A stretch of 60,477 bases of DNA, counting the filler, from Sphacelaria rigidula (lineage: Eukaryota): NCBI GenBank assembly GCA_964200075.2. It is 8 parts of 8 records of this genome, joined end to end, with 100 filler letters (N's around TTAATTAATTAA, not from the genome) between each part and the next. Parts side by side here need not be neighbours in the genome. Positions count along the whole stretch, not along the records: positions 37,864 to 45,335 come from CAXNAA020014772.1; positions 45,436 to 52,906 come from CAXNAA020014773.1; 6 more parts are not named here. One strand, given 5' to 3'. A program made the translations under genes and the position numbers. The notes beneath the pieces are model-generated. The model saw nothing but the letters and a program-made list of their open reading frames with translations. It did not search any database and was not told the origin of the DNA. Below, one piece after another: positions 38,685-51,852 of the stretch (position 1 is the stretch's first letter; each line of letters begins with the position of its first letter).

Positions 38685-39863
38685 CAGTATCGCACCGGCC
38701 TGTTGTCAGTCGGCTGGCTTAGTCCCAGTCTGGTAGTTAATGTAGGATACGATTGATAAGTTTTGAGTACGAGTTCATGTGCTCTCAGTTTATGACTAGT
38801 TTGAAGCAATATTTCGACGGGCCGTAGCCACACAAAATGGGCACCGCACTATATGATCACAACGCCAGCCCTTCACAGATTATACCAGGCCTTGCCAGCC
38901 GATAGTCCCGTGTCACTCATGTGCCACTGTGCTATCATGTGCGATGATTGTTGCCCGCAGGATCATGTGGGCGGAGATTGAGTAAGGGACATTTTTTTGC
39001 CGCTTGAAGCTCGCACTTTCCCCTGCCATATATTGCCAATTCACCTCCGCACCGCATATTAGACCTCTATCTGATAATACACCAATCCTTCCATAATAAT
39101 GGGCCCTTCCCGGAGTCCCGCCACCAGGTGATCGGCGCGAAGACGATTGTCGGTAAGTGTAAAAGAGCAGGTCCGGCGGGCGGAAATAGTCTATTGAGAG
39201 CGGCCCATAGTCCCCCCTTTGGCGTTTCGTACCCTGCTCCTGCTTATCCGATATGGCCTCGCGATCCGATCTAAAATGTGACGCACAACATTGACTGCTG
39301 TGTACTCAACCAAAAAGTGTGAGGGCCTCCACATACTTTCTCTCAAATGACGACATGCTGTGCGTGTAAAGGAGCTATAAGAAGTCCAGTACAGCGCTTG
39401 CGCGGCATGTTTATGTTCCTCTCTAATGGATAATGCTTCTCGAACAGCTCGAATATCTTTGATTGGTCCCAACAACATTTTTCAAAGTAGAAGTCACATT
39501 TTTGTTTTTTTTGGAGGTTGGTGTCGTCGCGGCCAATCGCAGGCAAATGCGATTCCGAAATGTGATTTTTTCGGCCTCGATGAGGTACACGGCCTTAGCC
39601 TAGCGCCGCGTCCACCACATCGGTCGTAATACTTACAAACGGCCCTTCGAGACTTGCTCTATTGCAACACGGCTCCGTAAGGACGGTAGAACGGCAGGTG
39701 TGTGTATGTGTCTACAGCAAAGTTTCGCGGGGGAGAGGGGGCGTCGTCGTGACTGTTAACTGCGTGCGTGGACTGCACCCCTTTCAACCTCCCCCTACCG
39801 AGGGAATACCACTCAACAGCACGACTTATTTGACTCCATGCGCAACGTTCATGTTTGACGCAG

Positions 39864-40943
39864 ATCATGGACGACTGCCGCCGACATCGTTCGCAGGGAA
39901 GATGAGCGTAACGCCAACGGCCAATGGGCAATGGACCCTGAGCTCTCTTGGCACGCCAGAACGACCGCCAATCCCAAAGACGACGACTTTAGGCGCGCAG
40001 CACGGGCCAGTGTCACATGGTGACAGCCGGTACCCCAGCCACAAATCGCGCTCGATGGACTTCGTAGACAAAATGAAGGCTATTAGGAGGAGCGATTGGC
40101 AGGGAGCACTCTGCGCTCTTGCTGAGGCTGAGCGACTGGAAGCGCGCATAGCCAAGGACCCGGAGGCCGGGATGGAGTCGGGGGTGACGCTTTTCATGTA
40201 CAGCAGTCTGTTGAGGATCTTGGCTTCGAATCGCAGGTGGCAGGAGGCGCTGGGTGTGTTGGAACGGATGCTCGCTGGTGGGATGATTCCAGACCAGTAC
40301 TGTTTAGCTGCTGCGCTGGAAGCGTGCTCCAAGGCTGGGCAGCTCGATAGAGCACTGGAACTGCTGCAAAAAGCGAAGCGTTCCAAGTGGGTGCTTGATT
40401 GTTTCTGCTATGCCATTGTCATAACGGCCTGCTCGAGAAACGGGAATTTAGATCAGGCTGTGAATGTTTTAAGGGAGATGCGATCGGTGGGTGTCACTCC
40501 TAGCGCCGTCAGCTATCGAGACTTGATCGCAGCGTGTGGGAATTCAGGCAAGTGGGAACAAGCTCTTGTTCTCTTGGGGGAAATGCCGGCGGCAGGAATT
40601 GCGCCCGATGTCAGTCACTACAGCTCGGCTATCACGGCGTGCGGGAAGTCGGGGGAGTTCGAGGAGGCGGTGACTATTTTGGAGGAAATGTCGACAGATA
40701 ATGTTGCTCCGGATGATCGCTGCTTCGGGGCTGTATTATTAGCGTGCATCAGGGGCGGTGGGTGGGAGCAAGCGTCGGCTGTGTTTAGGGACATGCAGGC
40801 GGCGGGCATCCCGCCGGGTGTCGTTGTCTTTAACGCGGCCAAGGCAGCGTCCAAGACGACCGACCACCGGGATCAGGCACTAATGCTGTTGAAGGAGATG
40901 CAGACTGCTGACGGTAGCCCTGTCGCAAGCTCTGGTAGTTGCG
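39864..40943 (+). CDS. Pentatricopeptide repeat (P-class PPR) protein, module A exon (~7 repeats)
   Basis: ORF 39662-40951 with 35-aa repeats (e.g. VSHYSSAITACGKSGEFEEAVTILEEMSTDNVAPD); probable acceptor GACGCAG| at 39863; donor G|GTGAGT at 40944. Confidence 0.85.
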
Positions 40944-41405
40944 GTGAGTGAGAACAAATTTTGTCCGAAGAAGTAACGAAGTGGAGGATGGTCTAACGCG
41001 AATGCTGCCATGGCTTGTTGCGCGGCTGATAGCTCGTCCGCTTTTCTGCGTCGACCTGATATCGTACCCTTGTTTGTATCTCACCTGCTGCTCTGAGTTT
41101 GCCCGATGATGATTCCTCTCAGCCTACAGCAGGATAGATGGTCGATGGCACACATTGTTGTGCTCTCACACACCCACTGTCCAGAGTATGCATTCGCGAG
41201 GGGTGTACAGCTATCTGCTATCCCCATATGTGTGGAAAGCTGTGTGCAAGTATTCATCACGTAAAAAGCACACCGCACGTTGTCCACAACCAATCATGTG
41301 ACCACGGCTGGTTCCCTGGGGGATCAGTAGAAGTACGATAATCAATCAAAATCAATCGATTCCGGCCGTCCAAATACGTACTTGCACGGTGCTGTCATAT
41401 CGCAG

Positions 41406-44050
41406 ACGAGCAGGCTACGCCTCGGCAATCCTTCTCCCGACACCGTCGATCGAAAGAGTTTGTGCAGATAATTCAGAGTATGCCAGAGAGTAAATGGGAA
41501 GGAATTCTACTAGCTCTTGATGAGGTGGAGCAAGTGGCAGAGAGATCTGCTGGCGCCAGGGTGACCCCGATGATGTATTGCAGTTGCATTCGGCACCTGG
41601 CAAAATGTGGTCAATGGCGAGAGGCGGTCAGCATCCTAGCCAGAATGCAGGTTGCGGAGGTGACTCCTGACCAATATTGCGTAGGTGCTGCTCTGCAAGC
41701 GTGCGCCAAGGGGGAAATGTGGAAAACTTCTGTGGGGTTGCTGGAAAAGGCGCTGAGTGCAGGCTGGAAGGTTGATGCTTATTGTTTCAAGACCGTTATA
41801 TCTGTGTGCAGAAACAGTGGTGAGTGGGAGCAGGCGTGCAACGTTTTGAAAAAGATGTCATGGGTTGGCATCACCGCTACTGACGAATGCTACGGTTCTG
41901 CCATTTCAGCGTGCGGCAAAGCCAGTAAATGGAAGCAGGCGTTAAGCTTGTTGAGGGAGATGCCAGGGGCTGGTGTTGATCCCAGCAATCGCTGTTACAA
42001 CGCAGCCATCGCGGCGTGCGCGAGTGCAGGTGAAAGTGAGCAGGCAGTGGCTTTGTTGAGGGAGATGGGGAAGACTGGGATCACCCCAGATACCTTCAGC
42101 TACAGCGCGTGCATCACAGCTTGCGGAAATAGCGGTCAATGGAAGCAGGCGTTGACCTTGTTAGAAGAGATGCCGAGATCGGGTCTCGCTTGTGATGCCG
42201 TTTGCTATCGAGCGGCGATTTCAGCATGTGAGAAATGTGGTCAACTGAAGCAAGCACTGTTGCTTCTGAGGGAGTTGTCATCGGTGGGTATCACGCCAGA
42301 TGTCATGAGCTATAGAGTAGTCATATCGGCATGTGCCAAGTCCGGCGAATGGAAACAGGCTTTGGCGCTCCTTGACGAAATGCAGATGGTAGGTGTGACG
42401 CCAGATTCCCGCTGTTACAACTTTGCAATCGCAGCATGCGGGAATAGTGGAGAACTGGAGCAGGCGCTGATCCTCTTGAAGAAGATGCGAACTGTTGGTA
42501 CAAGCCCGAATGTCTTCAGCTACGCTGCTGCAATTGCCGCATGCGCAAATGCGGCCAAAGCCGTTGACAAGGGCGCACCCATCACCGCGTGCTATGGTCG
42601 CAATGAGTGGCAACAGGCGGTGGCGTTGTTGGAAGAGATGCTGTTGGATGGTATCCGACCAAACCACGGCTGCTACAACGCTGCAATCGCTGCGTGCGGA
42701 AACAACGGTCAATGTCTACAGGCGTTGGTGTTGCTGAGGGAAATGAAGACAGTCGGCACAGAACCCAATTGCGCCACCTATACATCGGCCATCTCCGCAT
42801 GCGGGAAGTGTTCTGAGTGGGAGGAGGCATTGTCCCTCTTGAGGGAGATGCCAGCGGCAGGAATTGCTCCCGATGCCGCTAGCTACAGAGCAGGAATCGT
42901 CGCTTGCGGCAAGGCGGGCGAATGGGGGCAGGCGCTAGCTCTGTTGACAGAAATGCTGACATTTGGAATTGCGCCCGATGTGAGCCATTACAACTTGGCC
43001 ATTGCGGCGTGCAGAAAGGCCGGACAGTGGGAGGAGGCGTTAGCTATATTGAGGGAGATGCCAACTGTTGACCTTTTACCTGACGTCGTTACATATAGTT
43101 CTCTCATCTCCGTTTGCGGGAATGGAGGTGCCTGGGAGCAGGCTCTAATTATTCTGAAGGAGATGTCGTCGAAGGGTATCACCCCCAATGCCGTCACCTA
43201 CAACTCAGCGATTGCCGCATGTGGCACGGCAGGTGAATGGGAGAAGGCCCTGGATTTATTTCGAGAGATGCCGGTGGTTGGCCTCGCTCATGATGAAATT
43301 AGTTATATCGCGTGTATCACGGCGTGTGGGAATGGCGGCGAGTGGGAGGCAGCATTGGCCCTACTACGCGAGATGCCGCAGGTTGGTGTCGCCCCCAATG
43401 AACGTTGTTACAACGCGGCCATGACCGCGTGCGGGAACAGTGGCCAGTGGGCACAGGCTCTTGATCTTTTGAAGCAGATGCCGGCAGTCAATTTGATTCC
43501 GAACGCCTTCACCTACAACGCAGCCATGGCGGCGTGCGGGCTGGGCGGTGCATGGGAGGAGGCGCTGGCCTTGTTCAAGGAGATGCCGGCTGCTGGGGTC
43601 ACCACCGACGCTGTCACTTACAATACCGTCATGACCGCATGTGGGGACAATGGGCAGTTGGAGGAGGCTCTGCGTTTGTTGAGGGAGATGCCAACGGTCG
43701 GAATCACCCCAACGGCGTTCAGCTACAGCGCGTGCATCGCAGCATGCGGAAAGGCAGGGGAATGGGAACGCGCGTTGTCTCTGTTGACGGAAATGGGTAC
43801 AGTTGGTATACCCCCGAACTTATTCGTTTTCAAGGCGGCTATCATGGCGTGCTTAGAGAGCGGCAAATGGGAGCAGGCTCTGGGCCTGCTGCTTGGGGAC
43901 ATGCGAGAAGCGGGTATTGTGCCGGATGAAGCCTGCTACGCCGCCGTTGCGAAAGCTTGTGAATCGAGCGGGCAGCGGGCACAGGTTGAGGTTTTGTTGA
44001 AAGAACTGTCCAATGATGGTAGTCTTGGTACTGTTTCGGATATTGTCTAG
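41406..44050 (+). CDS. Pentatricopeptide repeat (P-class PPR) protein, module B / terminal exon (~23 repeats)
   Basis: ORF 41462-44050 with tandem repeats like AVTYNSAIAACGTAGEWEKALDLFREMPVVGLAHD; acceptor TATCGCAG| at 41405 joins in phase 1 to the 40943 donor; stop TAG ends at 44050. Confidence 0.93.
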
Positions 44051-45335
44051 AGCATTGGAAGATGGTCCATAGCGCCGGGCAAAAAGACTGACCAACGATC
44101 TTGGGGACTCATCTGGGAGTATGTATTTCATATCTGTGCAGCGTCGGTACCGATCGCGCGATACGGTTGGTACTCCATATACTTCACACTATCATTGTAT
44201 ATAGCTTGGAAGCGCTTGGTTTTGAGGCGGCGTGAGGTGCACTTTCGGCATGTGGAGCACTTAATATCAATTATCTCTTCGTGTGGCGGGGAGAATACGG
44301 TTGTAACACTTCCTGATTTTATTGGCCATGTGTGATGTTGCTATCTTCAAGCCTTGTTGGTTTGTGTACACGTCAAATGATTTTGTCATTCCCGTATCTA
44401 ATCATCGCACAATTTTGCATCAGAGGTTGGTTTGATGACTGACGCTGAGTCATAGGTTTGATTTGTTGACAGTTCTGAGTTGTACACCACAACAGCGTTC
44501 TGAGCTGTTCCCTGTATGTGACCATAAGCCCTCGGCATTCCATTAATGAGTAGCCTGTAAAAAATCGCAGCACAACCACTGCACGCGGATTATGATCGGG
44601 TACAGTACAGTCGACCTGCTGAACGCTGTCAAAAGTCTGCAATATTATTCTTCGAAGCGTTGCTCCGATCTCGCCGCTGGTTTTTCAATCACTACGCGCA
44701 ACCGTGTGGGGCGGATTCGATATGTGTGGTGCGGACGTGATTGGCATGCGGTTGTTTTTCTCGTTATGAGCATTTTCTTGTTCATCTCATGTGGGCCCCC
44801 CCCCGGCCCCGCTCAGGGTAACATATTACCTCCTTGGTTGAGCAACATGGGGGATCCTTGGAGATGAAAGCGACGTTTTCCTGTGGGGACGAACTGAGAT
44901 CAAAATTGCAAATGTTATTGGCACGCTGTACCGGTTGAAAGTACCTTTCGGATCCCCTGAAGGTGGAAGGGCTGGCGTCGGAAGCAGGCGAGATATTTAC
45001 AGTCGCATGTGCCGGACACGCCCCGGTATTTGTTGCGTTATTGGGAGAAGGTAGGCCGAACACGATCCGACGTCACGGGATCGGGGGACGGGCGCAAAGC
45101 TGGGTCTTTGAGGGACTAGATGAAACCAAACCGCCAACCCTAACTCTAACACACACCCTTTCCCTACTGTCTGTATTCCTATATCCCTGACCCTGAACCC
45201 ATAGCCCGGTAGAACTGACAAAATAATTATGCACTCGACAGCAAACACAAGTCACCCAGAGCGAGTATCTTTGCCCATCTGTGGGGGGGGGGGGGGCGTA
45301 CTCATTTGTTGCTTGCCTTAGTCGTGTGACCATTG

Positions 45336-45435
45336 NNNNNNNNNNNNNNNNNNNNNNNNNNNNNNNNNNNNNNNNNNNNTTAATTAATTAANNNNNNNNN
45401 NNNNNNNNNNNNNNNNNNNNNNNNNNNNNNNNNNN
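45336..45435. other. Artificial contig spacer
   Basis: N44-TTAATTAATTAA-N44. Confidence 0.97.
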
Positions 45436-46126
45436 TCCCCTGGTCATCATCCAGGATCCACTATATACTCAATCGTGATGGCGTGATTTCGCCACAGGTC
45501 TGAGGTGTCAACGTCCGCTGAGTCCTCTTCTCGGGGCAAAAACGACGGAGAAGGGTCAAAAGAGCACTTTTCAACAAGTTATATTTTTTTCGATACACAA
45601 CAAGTATAACAAGTAGCCGAATAAAGGAAAAGGAAAAAAGAACATTGGAAGCGCAATTGCGAAGCAGAGCAATCTATGTATAATATAAATTCATGATGTG
45701 TAACCTGCGTAGCATCGCACAACTAATGGATCAGAAGGGCGGTCACCGATGACCGGGATCGATTTACAGTCGGCAGAGACGAGCACCACGGGCTGTTTAC
45801 GTGGTTACCCCGCCATGGCCCCCTTTCGAAGCCGCTCGGGCAAAATTCGACGTACGGGTACTGCGAAATGTTGTGTGACTACGGGAGTATTCGAGACCAG
45901 AGGCCGTCAATGCCCAGAAATCCGAACTACTCCATCCAACGGGTAACTGGAGACCAGACACCACCACATCATCCATAGCGTAACCGAAAGCATGTGCACC
46001 CGCACGATCTGTAGATATGCCTTACTTGAATTCATTTCACTAATGACAATACGCGAAGCTGCAACCTGCGACTGCTGCAGATGCAAAATTCGCAAAATCA
46101 CGTCCTGGAGCATGTGATGAGTTCCA

Positions 46127-49100
46127 CAATTCCAATTTTCAAGTTGGTTGTTGTCTCGGGCTATTCCAGATTCGACATTGGATTTCTCTGACAGAAAAAC
46201 AAACAGAACTTTTCAAGAACTGCTCAAAACATGACCCCATTATCTGAAGTACAGGGTGGTACACTCAGCACAAGACAACTCTGCAGTGGTATATGAAGTG
46301 TAGAATACTACAGTATCGACAAGACAACACGACAGTTCTGCAGTGTTTTCTAGTTTTAGAACCTGAACACGGACTGCATACAGTATGCACCAGCTTCTCT
46401 TGTTGCAAACAGCTATCACCGCAATCCTGCAGCATTGAGCACGAGTTAAGCACGGGAATAGCATACACTGCAGTAGCTGGGCATGCTTTGCTACTTTTTG
46501 TTGGCGAAAACGTGCACGTCTTCTCTCATGATGCGCATCAGCGGCAGAACTGCGTGGTACGGTGGGCAACCGAGTTGCGTGCATGCTCATGGATAGTGCA
46601 GTCTGTACAAAGCTGCACGTTGCTGAAGTCCTCTTCACGTCGCATTGCAAGCAGGGAGGACTGATGGTCCTGGGCTGTCTGCACTGCATGTTGCCCGTTT
46701 CTCCTTCATATCCCCCTGAACGAAACACGCACACACGCACTCAAGACACCATACTTACAAGCGGTGCTTGAGGCTTGCAAGCGGTGCAGACAGTACAGAC
46801 TGTGTGCATTGTACACAAGTGACCATGTGCCGCGTCACGAATTTTACTGTATTCTTTGGATAGAAAGCTTGAGCACCCATCTGGACCCAACTGCACCAAA
46901 ACGAGACTTTTTCGCTCAGATCGATTCCACCGCTCGATTTTTTCGATCGAAAAGACAGACCCTAGACAAACAAGGCAGCACCACACCTATACACCCAGCC
47001 CCGAAAAAACAAGCACAGCCACCCACCACTCACGCGCATTAGTTTCACTGCTAGCCCTTGCTAATCTACACACAACAGTCTTGGTTTGACAGCAAATCGA
47101 GCCGTAGCTGCTCATCAGCTGTGCACGTTGTGCGTGACCTTGCTCAAATCTGTTCAGAATTCAGTGGGAAATGATGATTTGTGTGAGACGCGCGCGCTTA
47201 CAAAACGGTCAGCAACGACACGCTTCCGGTTGTTTTCGACATGCATGCAGCCACCATTCGTCCAATACAGAACGGATTTATGTCAAACAGCAGTGAAACC
47301 AATGCGCATGAGTGTTGGGTGTCTGTGCGTGATTTTTCGGGGCTGGGTGTGTAGGTGTTGTGTTGCCTTGTTGTGTCTTGTCTGCAGCATTACACAGTGC
47401 TTGGACTATCGACCACTTCCAGACCCGCCCCATTTCTCAACCTGCGTACAGATCTGGGTTCAAATCTGTACAAAACTACTTGTCGATAAGACTGGGGGCT
47501 GTTCGTTATGGGGCTGATCCCCTGTCAAAAGGGGGTTGTGAAGAAGGGGATAATCCCCTTCGTTAATCCCCAGACCGCGATGGGGGTGACCTGCTGAATC
47601 GGCATCAATTTTTACTTGAAAAAAGAGTGCGTGATCCAGATGGACTACCCGCTTCGCGGTCTAAGGGTTGAGAAGGACCCTAATAGCTCTAGCACAATCT
47701 ACCCTTCACGCCGGCGGCTCCGATGCCGCCAAAGAAGGCGAGTCCCATCGCTTTTCATTGAAGGCGTCTGTGGTTTCTGTCCCTTTTCCATTCCAATCCA
47801 ATGTGAGAAAGGATAGGAAAATTGGAGGCGCGATGAGAAGCAGAGCAATCCATTTTTATTGTGGCACGCATAACAACATTTTCGTGAGATTGAGAGTAGA
47901 GCGCTGATTGAGAGCGGCTTTGATCGTTCTCCTTGACGTAGCCATCGTTCATTCTGCGCGCGCTTTTCTTCCCCTCCTTCACTAGCGTGTGCTTACAGCT
48001 ACACGTCGATATCCTTCTCAGGGATATGAAGGGCCTCAGTGGCCAGCTACTACAGAAAGCATATCTGGCCTCGTGGAGGGGCATTTCGGAGCTGAAACCA
48101 TTCATAATACTTAAATATCGCTCTGCTTCGCATCGCACTTCCAATTTCCTATTCTTTTTAACATTGGAATGTAATGGGAAAGGGGCAGAAGAGACAGACG
48201 CCTTCAATGAAGAGCGATGGGACTCGCCTTCTTTGGCGGCATCTGAGCCGCCGGCGTGAAGGAGAGAGAGCGCTAGAGCTGTTAGGGCCTTTTCTCACGA
48301 AAGGGATTCCCCTTTTTCACAATCCACTTTAACCCCTTGACCGCGAGGGTAGGTCGCCTGCTTAATCGGCATCAATATCCACTTGAAAAAAGTATGCATG
48401 ATCCAGATGGACTACCCGCACCGCAATCTAGGGGTTAACAGTTAACAGGGGATTGGCCCCATAACGACCAGTCCCCAGTCCTATCGACAAGTAGTTCTGT
48501 ACAGATTTGAACCCAGATCTGCACCCGGGTTGAGAAATGGGGCGGGTCTGGGAGTGGTCGATAGTCCAAGCAGGTCCAAGGTCTGTGTATTGCTGCAGAC
48601 AAGACACAACAAGGCAACACAACACCTATACACCCAGCCTCAAAACCACACGCACAGACACCCATCACTCACGCGCATTAGTTTCACTGCTAGCCCTTGC
48701 CGATCTACTCACGGGAATCTTTGCTTGACATACATCCGTTCTGTGTTGGACGAATGGCGGCTGCATGCGTCTCGAAACAACCGAAAACGTGTCGTTGCTG
48801 ACCGTTTTGTAAGCGTGTGCTGCGCGCGCGTCTCACACAAATCATCAATTCTCAATGGATTCCGAACAGATGTGAGCAAGGTCACGCACAACGTGCACAG
48901 TTGATGAGCAGCTACGGCTCGATTTGCTGTTAAACCAAGACTGTTGTGTGTACGCTCAATCTCAGCGGAGACCAAACCGTCTTCGGAAGGTCTAAACACA
49001 CCCCAGAACAGTGATAGCTACAGCACATGAGAGCGGAAGTGAGTGTGTTTGTGCTGCAGTACAGTGAGACAAGACACGTCCCATGTTTGAGTTCTTCGGC

Positions 49101-50267
49101 TGATTTCAAACGGGCCCTCACTGTTTGCAGGGTGCCGATGTTGATGAACGTTCGGACATGATCTCCCTTCGCGAAAATATTGTAAATTAACGCTGCCAAA
49201 CAAAGCCTGTTGTGTGTACGCTCAATCTCAGCGGAGACCAAACCGTCTTCGCAAGGTCTAAACACACCCCAGAACAGTGGTAGCTACAGCACATGAGAGC
49301 GGAAGTGAGTGTGTTTGTGCTGCAGTACAGTGAGACAAGACACGTCCCATGTTCGAATTCTTCGGCTGATTTCAAACGGGCCCTCACTGTTTGCAGGGTG
49401 CCGATATTGAACGTCCGGACATGATCTCCCTTCGCGCAAATAATTGTAAATCAAATTATCCCCATGTATGGGTCCTGTGACTGAAATTCGTGACGCGGCA
49501 CATGGTCACTTGTATACAATGCACACAGTCTGTACTGTCTGCACCGCTTGCAAGCCTCAAGCACCGCTTGTAAGTATGGTGTCTTGAGTGCGTGTGTGCG
49601 TGTTTCGTTCAGGGGGATATGAAGGAGAAACGGGCAACATGCAGTGCAGACAGCCCGGGACTATCAGTCCTCCCTGCTTGCAATGCGACGTAAAGAGGAC
49701 TTCAGCAACGTGCAGCTTTGTACAGACTGCACTATCCATAAGCATGCACGCTACTCGGTTGCCAACCGTACCACGCAGTTCTGTCGCTGATGCGCATCAT
49801 GAGAGAAGACGTGCACGTTTTTGCCAACAAAAAGTAGCAAAGCATGCCCAGCTACTGCAGTGTATCTATCCACAAGTGATAGCGTGCTGTTCACCTCCCC
49901 TGTCCGGGTACCACCTCCCCCGTCCGAGTACAGGCTGTACTCTGCAAGCACAGAGAGTACAGTAGTGACGGTGTCATCCTGTATGCAGTCCGTGTTCAGG
50001 TTCTAAAACTAGAAAACAATGCAGAACTGCCGTGTTGTCTGGTGTTCAGTGTAGTATTCTACACTTCATATACCACTGCAGAGCTGTCTTGTGCTGAGTG
50101 TACCACCCTGTACTCCAGATAATGGGGACATGTTTTGAGCGGTTCTTGAAAAGCTCTGTTTGTTTTTTGAAAAGTTCCCCGAAAGTCCTGCTCGTTTTTC
50201 TGTCACAGAAATCCAATACCGGATCTGGGATAGCCTGGGACAACAACCAATTTGAAAATTGGAATTG
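46127..50267. repeat. ~4.1-kb nested inverted-repeat (foldback) structure
   Basis: Outer arms ~46127-46844 / ~49484-50267; inner arms ~47067-47845 / ~48119-48951 around a ~270-bp spacer; mirrored ORFs in the track (46240-46740 minus vs 49588-49965 plus) confirm the symmetry. Confidence 0.92.
48942..49450. repeat. ~265-bp tandem direct duplication inside the foldback
   Basis: TGTTGTGTGTACGCTCAATCTCAGCGGAGACCAAACCGTCTTC...ATGATCTCCCTTCGCG at ~48942-49190 and ~49208-49450. Confidence 0.9.
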
Positions 50268-51852
50268 ATCGCTTTTCACTCTCAATCGTATCCTTCACTC
50301 TCAATCTCATGACAACATTGTTGTATGTGAATTCCCTGTCTGCATCAACACTCGCGGCCTCACCAAGGTCATTGCTGGGAAAGCACTGGAGATGTACGCA
50401 TCTGATCAATCTCGTAGGTGCTGTTTTTGTCAAGCACACTCGCTCTGCTAAAAATCACGCATGTTATCACTTTCGATCGCATCGTATGAGCATACGGGAG
50501 AGTGCTCTTGTGACTGCCGTATTTCAATCTCAAAATCCCACCGTCAACTTCATCCACACATCCACCTTAGTAGCCCCTGGATTCAACATGCTCAGTAGTT
50601 GATGTATCTCGGGGAATTGTTTGCACCCTCCCGAACCAGGGTGACACACGCTCAGAACTGATATGCGGCTGGCATGCGGAAAGCTCGTAAACTTCATGCT
50701 GCCGCGCCCCGGTGGTGTAATGGTCCGACTGTCATCATTGGGGTGGAGAGAGTGTGGCTTCGAATGCCGATGCAGTGGGTTTTTCTTCGATATATCTGAT
50801 TTCCACCGTCGGAAGCGTGAGTACGTGAGTTAACAAAAAAATGTAGACTTGACTGAGTTTGTTTGACCATAGTCGACGCGGTGTGGAAGTGCTGCTCCAA
50901 TCCGCAAAATCAAAATCTAAGGCGTGTACCGGGGAGAAATAGGTTAATCCCTGGAGACCACGAACTCATCCCGAGGAAGGCGGGGGGTTCCAATTGTGTT
51001 CAAACAGAAATAATAATAATAATCAGACCTTCCACATTATCCTCCGTTAACCCCAGTAAGTCCGACTCCAAACATGTGATCACTTATAATTGTTCGGCAC
51101 CGTAATTTGTACAGCAGTACAGTAGCTAGCACGAAGCAGTACAGAAATGACAGCTACAATCTGCGCCAACAGCAACAACAGGTCAATTGTCTGCTCTGCA
51201 TCTGCCGTTGCAATAGGCACGGAAGTGTTTTGGCAGCCTCACATCCTGGCCATGGGTTCCTTCAAACACTGCACCACACCCATTGCACAATCGTCTCAGC
51301 GGTCGGAGGGACTGATGCGCAGCATCGTCTGTCCCGGAGTTACGCGATTCCGATCCCCTAGACAATACTCACGACACCAGCCCCCACGATCAGAAGCTTG
51401 CTAGCTGTCTGGTCCCCGATGATAGACTCGCCCTCTTCAGGGCTATCAACTTGTGGTCGATCTTCACTGCAGCGACGAACTTACACGCAACAACTAGAAC
51501 ACCGACGCAGCACATGTAACTGCAAATCTTCCGTGGGAGTGTAGTGCGTTCAAAACGCTATCTTGGGAATTCCTGAGGTGCTGTTTTGCCAAAAGTCAGA
51601 TCCTGGACATTGCATCTCCCGCAAAATAGTGACGAAAGGTCCGTATATGTACTTCGACTACATGAGTCGAAACGAATACACAACACCATTCCGGTTGCTC
51701 CCATGGAATCTACTACACAAGTTGCGCAAAGATACCCACTGCATACTGAAATTCGATTCTTGATTCCGCTCGCCCAACCCCCGTTAAATCCCACATCCGC
51801 GGCGCCTCGACCCCACTCTCTCCGCCCGTAGATGACGAGACACACTTCTGCT

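Noticed and set aside
39865..43929. Overlapping alternate-frame and antisense ORFs inside the PPR gene
   Set aside because: Shadow frames of a repetitive coding sequence.
44782..45063. Minus-strand exon ending at a GAG|GTAATA donor
   Set aside because: No acceptor gives an open frame; an in-frame stop lies just upstream of the ORF.
46240..49965. Duplicated ORFs (166 aa / 125 aa and others) as a gene pair
   Set aside because: They mirror each other because of the palindrome arms; stops and frames differ between copies and no domain is recognisable.
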